From an uncultured delta proteobacterium (GTDB lineage: Bacteria; Desulfobacterota; Binatia; UBA9968): a stretch of 64,000 bases of DNA. The notes under the pieces were generated by a model that was given only the letters and a program-made list of their open reading frames with translations, made no database searches and had not been told where the DNA came from. Below, one piece after another: positions 29,013 to 37,409 of the stretch (position 1 is the first letter of the stretch; each line of letters opens with the position of its first letter). Location: NCBI GenBank assembly GCA_963745835.1, contig CAVUZH010000018.1, forward strand, positions 224,001 through 288,000, written 5' to 3'. A program made the position numbers and the translations under genes.

Positions 29013-30116
29013 ATGACTGCCTTGCCAATGGCAAAGAACGCTACTGCGATTCGGTGGCTGTTTAAGGCTGGCCTTGTTCTGCTCATTCTCCTGGCAGTTA
29101 TGGAGCAATCAGACGCAGCCGGCAGATCGTTGACACCATCGGAGCTGTTCTTCTATCAGGGCGCGGATAGAGAACAGATTCTCCTCGAAGGAGCAAAAAA
29201 AGAAGGGCAGCTGGTTTTCTATAATTCCCATACCTGGTTTAAGTCCGTCGCGCAGGAGTTCGAGAAGAAATACCCCTTCGTGAAGGTCTCAGTCTGGCGC
29301 GCCGATGGCGCGGATGTAATGAAGAGAGTTTTGGAAGAAAGTCTAGCCGGCCGTTTCCTCGTTGACGTAGTCGAGAGCACCGAGGCCAACATCGGCGGTC
29401 TGCACAAACGACAACTGCTTCAGGAACACCACTCTCCCGAACTTCGTTTTTTTAAGGATGAAGTCCTAGGCAAGGGCAAGCGCGGAGTATTTTACTGGGC
29501 TGACCGGGAGACTTATATCAGCCTGGGCTTCAACACCAACCACGTATCTATTGAGGAAGCACCGAAGCGCACTCAGGACCTTCTCGACCCTAAGTTTAAA
29601 GGCAAGATCTCCTTCGCCGGCGGCGCCACGGCTGCAAGATGGGTAGGCGCCGCCATCGACACGCTGGGCAGGGATTTCATCGAAAAGCTGAGCCGCCAGG
29701 ATGTCACAGTCCATAAACTCTCCGGCGCCGCGCTCGCCAACCTGGTGGTGACAGGAGAAGTGCCGATTTCGCCGACAATCTTTGACTCCAACATGTTTGT
29801 TGCCAAGAACAAGGGCGCTCCGGTGGAATGGCGGCCGATGGAACCGGTTGTGGCTAACGTCGGTTACTCCAGCGTGGTCGCCAAGGCGCCGCGTCCACAT
29901 GCCGCTCTGCTCTTCATTGACTATCTCCATTCCAAGGAAGGTCAGCAGGTGGTGGTGAAAGGGGGTCTCAGCTCTCCTAGAGACGATGTTGACTCTCTGG
30001 TGCCACAGAAGTTCAAGAAGACCTATCTTGAAGCTAAATATCCTTTGGATGAATACGAAAAAAAGCTCGACGAGTGGGAAGATCTCATTCAACGGCTTTT
30101 TATCAGAAAAAGGTAA
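29013..30116 (+). CDS. extracellular solute-binding protein
   Basis: Paralog of 26798 and 30136; EGAKKEGQLVFY. Confidence 0.85.
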   Translation: MTALPMAKNATAIRWLFKAGLVLLILLAVMEQSDAAGRSLTPSELFFYQGADREQILLEGAKKEGQLVFYNSHTWFKSVAQEFEKKYPFVKVSVWRADGADVMKRVLEESLAGRFLVDVVESTEANIGGLHKRQLLQEHHSPELRFFKDEVLGKGKRGVFYWADRETYISLGFNTNHVSIEEAPKRTQDLLDPKFKGKISFAGGATAARWVGAAIDTLGRDFIEKLSRQDVTVHKLSGAALANLVVTGEVPISPTIFDSNMFVAKNKGAPVEWRPMEPVVANVGYSSVVAKAPRPHAALLFIDYLHSKEGQQVVVKGGLSSPRDDVDSLVPQKFKKTYLEAKYPLDEYEKKLDEWEDLIQRLFIRKR

Positions 30117-30135
30117 GTTCTAGGGGGAGGCAACC

Positions 30136-31215
30136 ATGTCCCTGAAGCGATCCAATCGCCGGGCCGGGGTTCCACTTATCGCTGCCATCTGCTTACTTAC
30201 GACGGTCAACGTATTTGCGGCGAGCGCGCCGATGTCGGATGCACAGATCGCCCTCTATCAGGGTATGGATAGAGAAAAAATGCTCATCGAGGGAGCGAAG
30301 CGAGAAGGGCAGCTCACCTTTTACAACTCACATACCTGGTTTCGAAGTTACGTCAAAGAATTCGAGAAAAAGTATCCTTTCATCAAGGTCGCAGAGTGGC
30401 GCAGCGATTCAAAGAATCTGCTCAGCCGAGCAATGGCAGAGTTCGGTTCTACTCGTTCTTTAGTGGATGTCATTGAAACTACCGCTGAAGCCATGGGCGT
30501 GATGAAACGGAACGGCATGTTTCAGGAGTATTTTACTCCAGAGGCGCGTTACTATCCCGACGATGTCAAAGTAAAAGGCAAGAGCGGAGTCTACTATCTT
30601 GGCGATCGCGAGACGTATAACAGCTTAGGCTTCAACACCAACCTCATTGCTGCGAACGAGGCGCCGAAGACGCTTAACGATCTGCTCGATCCAAAGTGGA
30701 AGGGGAAAATGGCCATTGCCGGAACATCCACCGGCGTGAGATGGGTTGGTAGCACACTGGATACGCTGGGCCGTGAGTTTCTGAACAAAATGGCCGCACA
30801 GGAGTTAACGGTGCAAAATATGTCCGGGGCGGCGTTGGCGGGTTTGGTAGCATCCGGAGAAGTTCCGTTATCGCCCACGATCTTCGACGCCGATGTGACT
30901 GTTGCAAAGCAAAAAAATGCGCCAATCCAATGGCGTGCTCTCGATCCCGTCGTCACCACGGTCGGCTATTCCGGTTTATCGTCCAAAGCCTCTCATCCAC
31001 ATTCGGCTTTGCTCTTTCTTGACTACCTGCATGGCAAGGAGGGACAGCAGCTAATGATGAAAGGCGGCCTTTGGTCGCCTCGCGATGACACTGGATCTTT
31101 GGATCAGAAGTTTGAGAAACTCTACCTTGACAGCAAATACTCGCTCGAAGAGCTCGAAAAGAAGCTCGTCGAATGGGAAAATTTGATGCGTCAACTTTTT
31201 GTTCGAAGAAAGTAG
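30136..31215 (+). CDS. extracellular solute-binding protein
   Basis: EGAKREGQLTFY, GEVPLSPTIF. Confidence 0.85.
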   Translation: MSLKRSNRRAGVPLIAAICLLTTVNVFAASAPMSDAQIALYQGMDREKMLIEGAKREGQLTFYNSHTWFRSYVKEFEKKYPFIKVAEWRSDSKNLLSRAMAEFGSTRSLVDVIETTAEAMGVMKRNGMFQEYFTPEARYYPDDVKVKGKSGVYYLGDRETYNSLGFNTNLIAANEAPKTLNDLLDPKWKGKMAIAGTSTGVRWVGSTLDTLGREFLNKMAAQELTVQNMSGAALAGLVASGEVPLSPTIFDADVTVAKQKNAPIQWRALDPVVTTVGYSGLSSKASHPHSALLFLDYLHGKEGQQLMMKGGLWSPRDDTGSLDQKFEKLYLDSKYSLEELEKKLVEWENLMRQLFVRRK

Positions 31216-31360
31216 ATGTCGATCGGGTTGTGCGGCAGCCAGCCGCGCTGCGTGCATTGGTCGGTAGCTCAGAGTAGGCCGGATCTCGTTATATCAGACA
31301 CTGTTGACTCCGATTTAGAAGCAACTTATGGCTAAATGATGCTGCAATTTACAAGGAGGA

Positions 31361-33013
31361 ATGCTCTCGATGAAATCACGGCATTCACCGCATCCTGATT
31401 TGATTCTGCACAGCGGCAAGATTCGTACTCTTGCCGGCAATGGTTCGATCTGTGAGGCGCTCGCTTGTGCCGGCGGGCGCATCGTTGCCATTGGGTCATC
31501 TGACGAGATTCGACGACTTGCCGGACCCGACACCGAATCTTTCGATCTCAAGGGCAGAACTGCCATCCCTGGATTGACGGATACGCACGTTCATCTTTCA
31601 GAGAAGGGCACCGCCGAAATGGAGCTGGTGGATTGCCGCGATTTTTACGTGGATGTGAACTCCGTCTCTGATATTTTGCAGCGGCTTGCCAATGCCGCCG
31701 CCGGCGCTCCGAAGGGCTCCTGGATCGTCGCCCATGGCAGTCCGATGCAAGACTTCCGCATCGAAGACAAACGCTTTCCCAACCGGCATGATCTTGATCG
31801 CGTCGTGCCCGATAATCCGGTTTCCATTTCTTTCGGCGCGCATGTCACTATCGCTAACACGCCGGCTCTGGCGGCGGCGAAGATTACACGCGATACCGCG
31901 GATCCCGCCGGCGGCCACATCAGGCATGATCCGCAAACCGGAGAGCCCACCGGCGAATTGCACGAGCGGGCGCAATTGATTGTCAAAAAAGTGGCGCCGG
32001 AATTTAATTATCTGCAATTGAAAGATGGCATCGTCTTCGCGTTGGATCAATGTCTTCAACGCGGCGTGACCACCGTTCACGACATAGTCCGCTATGCCGA
32101 GCCGGTGCGGGCGTATCAGGAGCTTTACAAAGAAGGCCGCATGCATGCCCGGGTGAGTATCTTGCCCCGGGTGATCGAGTCGATGATCGAATCGAAGAGC
32201 CTGATCGAGCTCGGTCTCATCACCGGCTTCGGCAACGAATGGCTGCGCATCGGCGGGGTCAAGATGAGCATCGACGGCGGGATTACCGGACGCAATGCTT
32301 GTTTTCATGAGCCTTATGAAAACGACGAGCACAACCACGGCATTATAAGGATTCAGCAAGACGAGCTGAATCATACCGTGCAGGTATGTCACGATGCCGG
32401 GCTGCGCTGCTGCGTTCACGCCATCGGCGACAAAGCTTTCGATATGGCGCTGGACGCCTACGAAAACGCTATCGAGCATTCGCCGCGCAAGGATCATCGC
32501 CATCGTATCGAACACATGGGCAATTGGCTGGCCACGCCGAAACTCATGCAACGAATGGTACGATCGGGCATCGTGGCGATTCCAAATATTGCTTTTGCCT
32601 ATTATATCGGCGATGCCATCCTCGATTGCGTCGGCGAGAGGCGGCTAACCAAAGCTTTTCCATTTCGAACGCTCTTGAAGAACGGCGTAATCATCGCGGG
32701 CGGCTCCGATTCCCCGGGCTATTGGCCGGTCGATCCTCTACGGGATATTGCCACTGCCGCGTCACGCAAAATGCGCTGGGGCGATGTGTGGGTGCCCGAG
32801 GAAAGAATCAGCGTGAGTGAAGCCTTCGCGATGCACACCACGACGGCGTCGTGGGTGGGGTTCGAGGAGAACGAAAAAGGCACATTGGAGGTTGGCAAGC
32901 TCGGCGACATCGCCGTCCTGACGGAGGATCCATTTGAAACTCAACCGGAGCGCATCAAGGATATCAAAGTGGAGATGACGTTGGTGGGCGGAGAGGTGAA
33001 GTACCAGGCCTAG
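31361..33013 (+). CDS. amidohydrolase 3 family (YtcJ-like)
   Basis: PGLTDTHVH, KMSIDG, HAIGD, RIEH, GSDSP, GTLEVGKLGD. Confidence 0.9.
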   Translation: MLSMKSRHSPHPDLILHSGKIRTLAGNGSICEALACAGGRIVAIGSSDEIRRLAGPDTESFDLKGRTAIPGLTDTHVHLSEKGTAEMELVDCRDFYVDVNSVSDILQRLANAAAGAPKGSWIVAHGSPMQDFRIEDKRFPNRHDLDRVVPDNPVSISFGAHVTIANTPALAAAKITRDTADPAGGHIRHDPQTGEPTGELHERAQLIVKKVAPEFNYLQLKDGIVFALDQCLQRGVTTVHDIVRYAEPVRAYQELYKEGRMHARVSILPRVIESMIESKSLIELGLITGFGNEWLRIGGVKMSIDGGITGRNACFHEPYENDEHNHGIIRIQQDELNHTVQVCHDAGLRCCVHAIGDKAFDMALDAYENAIEHSPRKDHRHRIEHMGNWLATPKLMQRMVRSGIVAIPNIAFAYYIGDAILDCVGERRLTKAFPFRTLLKNGVIIAGGSDSPGYWPVDPLRDIATAASRKMRWGDVWVPEERISVSEAFAMHTTTASWVGFEENEKGTLEVGKLGDIAVLTEDPFETQPERIKDIKVEMTLVGGEVKYQA

Positions 33014-33135
33014 GATAACGGACTACGGATACGGCACTCGCAAGCAGTGATCCGCATTCGAGTCGCCGCCCGATCCCTGCTCAGCGATCGGCTTTGTTCA
33101 AGTTCGTGAATCTTCTCTTTGGTTGTAAGGAGAAT

Positions 33136-34143
33136 ATGGAGTTCTGTCACAACCGTGATTTCCGCCCCAGATTAGCGTTATTTGCCGCCATTGTTATTCT
33201 TGTGTTGCCAACCTTGGCGGCGGCACAATCACCACTCAAAGTAAGAGCAGCTTATGGAGCGATGTCCGCAGCTATGGCGCCGTTGTGGTACGCCCAAGAC
33301 ACCAAGCTGTTCGATAGGTTTGGAGTACATGTAGAGCTGCTATATATACAGGGCCAGCCGATAGCTCTTCCAGCGCTTGTGACAAAGGAAATCGATGTGT
33401 TGTTGACCAGCGGTGGGAGCGCTGTTCCTTTTATCATGAATGGCTTGCCGTTGACCATGGTTGCCAATCTCAACAACATACAACCGTATCGGCTGCTGGT
33501 CGCTCCGGAAATCAAAAATGCGAGTGATTTGAAGGGCAAGAAAGTGGCCGTAAGCCGGATCGGCGCCACGAGTCATCAACTCGCTGTCATGAGTCTCGAA
33601 AAGCTCGGACTTAAATCCAATGACGTCACTTACTTACAAGTGGGTGGCCAGTCAGAAAGACTTGCGGCTCTCAAGGTGCGCGCTGTCGATGCGACATTGA
33701 TCAACCCGCCGGCCAATCTGACGGCTCGTAAACTGGGATTCAATGAAATCTTCGATCTAAAAGAATTGGGAGAGAACTTCCTCTTTCAAGTGCTCGTCAC
33801 TCGCAAGACCGATTCGGATATTAAGGTCGAATGGCTTCAACGTTTCATAAAGATGACCATGGAAGCAGTAAGGCTGATGAAGGCTGATCAACAGACTACT
33901 ATCAAAATCATCGGCAAGTATCTTAAGGAAACGGATCGCGAAGCCCTCGAAGAAAGCTTCAAAGTTCATGCGCTGAGCATGGTCGACTATCCGCTGGTGA
34001 GCCGTAGCGCAGTGGAGGATGCCTACAATGACGCTCTCAAGGCGCTGAAAGGAACCGTTCCCAGGAATACCAACATAGACAGCATGTACGACAACAGTCT
34101 GTTACAGAATATCAAAGGCGGGGCGCAATCTGGAAAGAAGTAG
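33136..34143 (+). CDS. ABC substrate-binding protein, NMT1/SsuA family
   Basis: AAGGAG RBS; DLKGKKVAVSRIG; ERLAAL. Confidence 0.85.
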   Translation: MEFCHNRDFRPRLALFAAIVILVLPTLAAAQSPLKVRAAYGAMSAAMAPLWYAQDTKLFDRFGVHVELLYIQGQPIALPALVTKEIDVLLTSGGSAVPFIMNGLPLTMVANLNNIQPYRLLVAPEIKNASDLKGKKVAVSRIGATSHQLAVMSLEKLGLKSNDVTYLQVGGQSERLAALKVRAVDATLINPPANLTARKLGFNEIFDLKELGENFLFQVLVTRKTDSDIKVEWLQRFIKMTMEAVRLMKADQQTTIKIIGKYLKETDREALEESFKVHALSMVDYPLVSRSAVEDAYNDALKALKGTVPRNTNIDSMYDNSLLQNIKGGAQSGKK

Positions 34144-34156
34144 ACCGGTAATCACT

Positions 34157-34537
34157 ATGAAGCCCAAATTCATCAAACACGATCCGCCTCGGCGTTATTC
34201 CAAGGCGTCGGTTTATGGCGATTTCATTTTTTTGGCGGGCGAAGATTCCAAAGACCCAAAAACTCAAAAGGTGAGGGGAACAACGGCCGCCGAACAAGCG
34301 GAGTACCTGTTCCAGAATATGAAAGCAACGCTGGAGAGTTTAGGAAGTGGACTTGAGGATGTCATCAAGACTACGATCTATCTCACCGACGCTCGCCACG
34401 CCGATGGTTACCGGGAAGGGCGTAAGAAATATCTGCCGCATGCGCCGCCGAGCACTCTTATCATGGGTGTTCAATTGGCCGAACCGGAGATGCTGATCGA
34501 AATCGAAGCGGTAGCCGTAATTTCTGAAAAAAAGTAA
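34157..34537 (+). CDS. RidA family protein
   Basis: YSKA, FIFLAG, PPSTL, LIEIEAVA. Confidence 0.88.
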   Translation: MKPKFIKHDPPRRYSKASVYGDFIFLAGEDSKDPKTQKVRGTTAAEQAEYLFQNMKATLESLGSGLEDVIKTTIYLTDARHADGYREGRKKYLPHAPPSTLIMGVQLAEPEMLIEIEAVAVISEKK

Positions 34538-34607
34538 CCGCCATGTCAGAGATCGTTGCTAGATTGTGTGGTTGCACTCTTTCTCTATTGTCAGGACGCT
34601 GCTTGGG

Positions 34608-35189
34608 TCAGCTTTTTACTTTCAGAGTTGGAGCGAGCCCGGTCGTCGTATCGCCTAAAACCTCTCCATGAGCGATACCCAGCGTTTTAATCCAGCGCTG
34701 CTGTCCCAAGGTAAGCGCGACAAAAAAGCCGAGCTCAACCAACTCTTCGGTGGTAAAGTGCTGATGCAACTTCTGCCAGAGTGCGTTGTCAGCGATTCCT
34801 GAGTTCCAGATAATCGCGCTGGTATAGGTCAGCGCCACCTTTTCCCGTTCGGAAAACTTTTCCGAATCGGCAAAATTCAGCAGCTCATCAATCTTGTCCT
34901 CGGTCAGACCCTTCCGTCCAGCCTGGACGGACCGCTGGACTCCTCAGTATTCACAGTCGATGGACTTTGAAACATAAACACGGCAGAGCTCCTTGAGAGC
35001 ATGGTCGCAAACACCCTGCCGGTAGGTCAGTTCCCATGCTTGCGAGAACGCCCGAATGACACTTGGGTTATTGGCCCGAATCGCTTGACTCTCAGGCCGG
35101 GGCGTACCTTCTTTGCGCGCCAGTTCGAGGTAACCCAGAATTTCCGGGTCCGTGATAGACGCCGGATCGGCATAGGGAATGTGCGGCAT
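34608..35189 (-). CDS. AhpD/carboxymuconolactone decarboxylase-family selenoprotein (UGA=Sec at 34944-34946)
   Basis: LKELCRVYVSKSIDCEY-TGA-GVQRS... continues in frame to FTTEELVELG; CxxU motif; hairpin TCCGTCCA-GGC-TGGACGGA just 3' of the UGA. Confidence 0.8.
34913..34946 (-). promoter_or_regulatory. candidate bacterial SECIS element
   Basis: 8-bp stem with a G-containing loop 20 nt downstream of the in-frame UGA. Confidence 0.65.
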
Positions 35190-35226
35190 TGGCAGTACCT
35201 CCTTCGGTCAACCCTACTCGGCTGCA

Positions 35227-36288
35227 TCAATTGAAGCCATAGAACTTCTTTGGATTCGTCTCAAGGATTTTGCTGACCACCCCAGGTGCAATTCGTTTAT
35301 CATTGCGCAGCAGATGAATGGCGTTGAGCTCGGTCGAGGGATCATGGTGACCGTAGTCGGTGCCGATCATCAGACAATCCTCGCCGGCATGGCTCAATAC
35401 GTAAGGCAGATCATCAGTGTTTTCGCATGCCACCCACAGGTTGTTTGCCGCGAGCGGGTCGGCTGGAAACGGTCTCCCCTGACGCCGGAAGCGATCGGCT
35501 AGATCGTTGAGAACATAGGGCACCCATTGGGCGCTGACCTCGACAAAGCCCCAGCGAACCTTCGGAAATTTTTTCGGAATTTCTTTCTCAAGCAAGGTAT
35601 GGAAAGCGCCGACGACAGTCAATTTGAATTTAGTAAAGCTAGTATCCTCGGCGAAGAAGTCATGATGAATAAAACTGCCGTTGGCCGAATGAATGCAGAC
35701 GGGAAGATCGAGTTCGGCCGCCATTTCCCAGAGCGGGTAGAAATACGGAGCGCCGAGCGCCCGCTCGCATTCCAGGCCGCGCATGAAGATGCCGCATGCG
35801 CCGTTTTTCTTGGACCATTCGAGTTCCTGTCTTAATGCGGCGGGCGTTTTTTCCAGCAAACGCAGGGGCGGCTTGGCCACCCAGCGCAATCGCCCTTGAC
35901 CCTGCCGCCAAAGCTCGCCCATCCAGCGATTATAAGACTTGCACAGAGCACGCTCGCGTTCGGCATCCTGCAGAACCGGCCGGAGAAACAGCGTCGGATA
36001 AAGCACCTGCGTTTCGATGCCGAGGTCATCCATATGCGCGAGCCGTGCCTGGACGCTGAGCATTTCACGCGATTCCTTTGACGTATCCGTGCCCACATTG
36101 CGGTCTTTGCCGAATGCGCGGTTCTCGATCACCCAGAATTCGGGGACGGCGATTCCTTCATTACTGAGAAGTTTCTCGCCGAAGGTTTGAGTCATGAGTT
36201 GCGGAGTGTAACGTCTTTCATCATTCTCCAGGTAGCTCCATGTCTGCACCGTCTCGATCACATGTGCATCTGCGTCAATCGCTCCCAT
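35227..36288 (-). CDS. amidohydrolase 2 family (decarboxylase/hydratase-like)
   Basis: IDADAHV, QVLYPT, YNRW, PVCIH, GTDYGH; AGGAGG RBS. Confidence 0.88.
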   Translation of the reverse strand: MGAIDADAHVIETVQTWSYLENDERRYTPQLMTQTFGEKLLSNEGIAVPEFWVIENRAFGKDRNVGTDTSKESREMLSVQARLAHMDDLGIETQVLYPTLFLRPVLQDAERERALCKSYNRWMGELWRQGQGRLRWVAKPPLRLLEKTPAALRQELEWSKKNGACGIFMRGLECERALGAPYFYPLWEMAAELDLPVCIHSANGSFIHHDFFAEDTSFTKFKLTVVGAFHTLLEKEIPKKFPKVRWGFVEVSAQWVPYVLNDLADRFRRQGRPFPADPLAANNLWVACENTDDLPYVLSHAGEDCLMIGTDYGHHDPSTELNAIHLLRNDKRIAPGVVSKILETNPKKFYGFN

Positions 36289-36646
36289 CAGCTTCCTCCT
36301 TGAACTAAAGTACTTCCGCTCCGAGTTGCTCGTGATGAGGACCACCAGTTCGTATCCACCACCGGCTTCTCACGGAACCATGCAACAATACTGGAGGGCA
36401 TTGGCATGTCATAACATGATCGGTTTGAAGCGGGCAATTCAATAGAGCAGCTCGATTCTACAGCTTGGATCTCGCGGGGAGCCAGGCATTTTTGTAGCTC
36501 GACCTATCCACCAACGGATTCTATCGTACCGTCAGACTTGACGTTGCTTGTGAATTCTCGGCGGTGCCGCTATTGAGTAAAAAACCGGTTCAATGACAGC
36601 TTCTAAGCCTTGCGAATGAACCTTGACCTCGATAGGAGGAACTTTG

Positions 36647-36956
36647 ATGCTGCATATTGCTTTTCTATTTACAGTAGATCACCGATGCCGCGAAGATGGA
36701 AGAATACCGCAGCCGCGTTCTGGCAACCGTAAAGCATTATGGCGGGCGCTACTTGGCAGTGGGCGGCAGATGCGAGGTGGTGGAAGGCACCTGGCGGCCG
36801 GTATTGCCGGTGCTCATCGAATTTCTAAACCTCGAACCGGCCAAGGCCTGGTACGGTTCCGATCAATACAAAGAGCTGAAAGCGCTGCGACTCTCGGCGA
36901 CCAAGGGCGACGTGGTGTTCATAGAAAGCGGGCCCAACGAGTTCGACGGGCCTTGA
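36647..36956 (+). pseudogene. DUF1330 protein with a damaged 5' end
   Basis: AGGAGG RBS and ATG 36647 out of frame; in-frame TAG at 36675 before ITDAAKMEEY...YGGRYLAVGG...AKAWYGSDQY. Confidence 0.7.
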
Positions 36957-37140
36957 TGTGCCGAATTAGGTGGAGCTAGCCTGTGCCGCATGCTAACTTC
37001 TATGATCGCAATGCAGACTCGCGACATTCAAGCTTAGCTTAACAGTATGCAAGAAATCCCAGAATCTCTGAGGTGGGTTCTTTGAGCGGGAGATGGATCG
37101 CGGAAAAGTTTTATAATTTATCTCCCAGGGAAGGAGACGG

Positions 37141-37362
37141 ATGAAAGTTGTTCTGCTTGCTTTGGCGATGTTGGTGGCTGCCTGCGCCAGCCCGCCGCCA
37201 CCGGCTCAAACGAGGGACAAGACCACTACAACGGCAAACCCAAGCAGCTTGAGTCGTGATACCACGGATTGCGAGCGTCAGGCTGCGCTGGCCGGCCCGG
37301 GTGAGAGAGCCAAAGCTTTTGAGAGCTGCATGAAAGCGAAAAACCGGACGCCGCAGCGTTAA
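37141..37362 (+). CDS. small lipoprotein
   Basis: AAGGAG RBS; lipobox LVAAC; DCERQA...FESCMK cysteine pair. Confidence 0.75.
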   Translation: MKVVLLALAMLVAACASPPPPAQTRDKTTTTANPSSLSRDTTDCERQAALAGPGERAKAFESCMKAKNRTPQR

Positions 37363-37409
37363 AAGCGGATAAAGATCCAACTGCGCGAGATTACGCCGCC
37401 GAAGCCGGA

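Noticed and set aside
36675-36677. Pyrrolysine read-through of the TAG in DUF1330
   Set aside because: Accompanied by frameshifts; a GAG-to-TAG mutation is simpler
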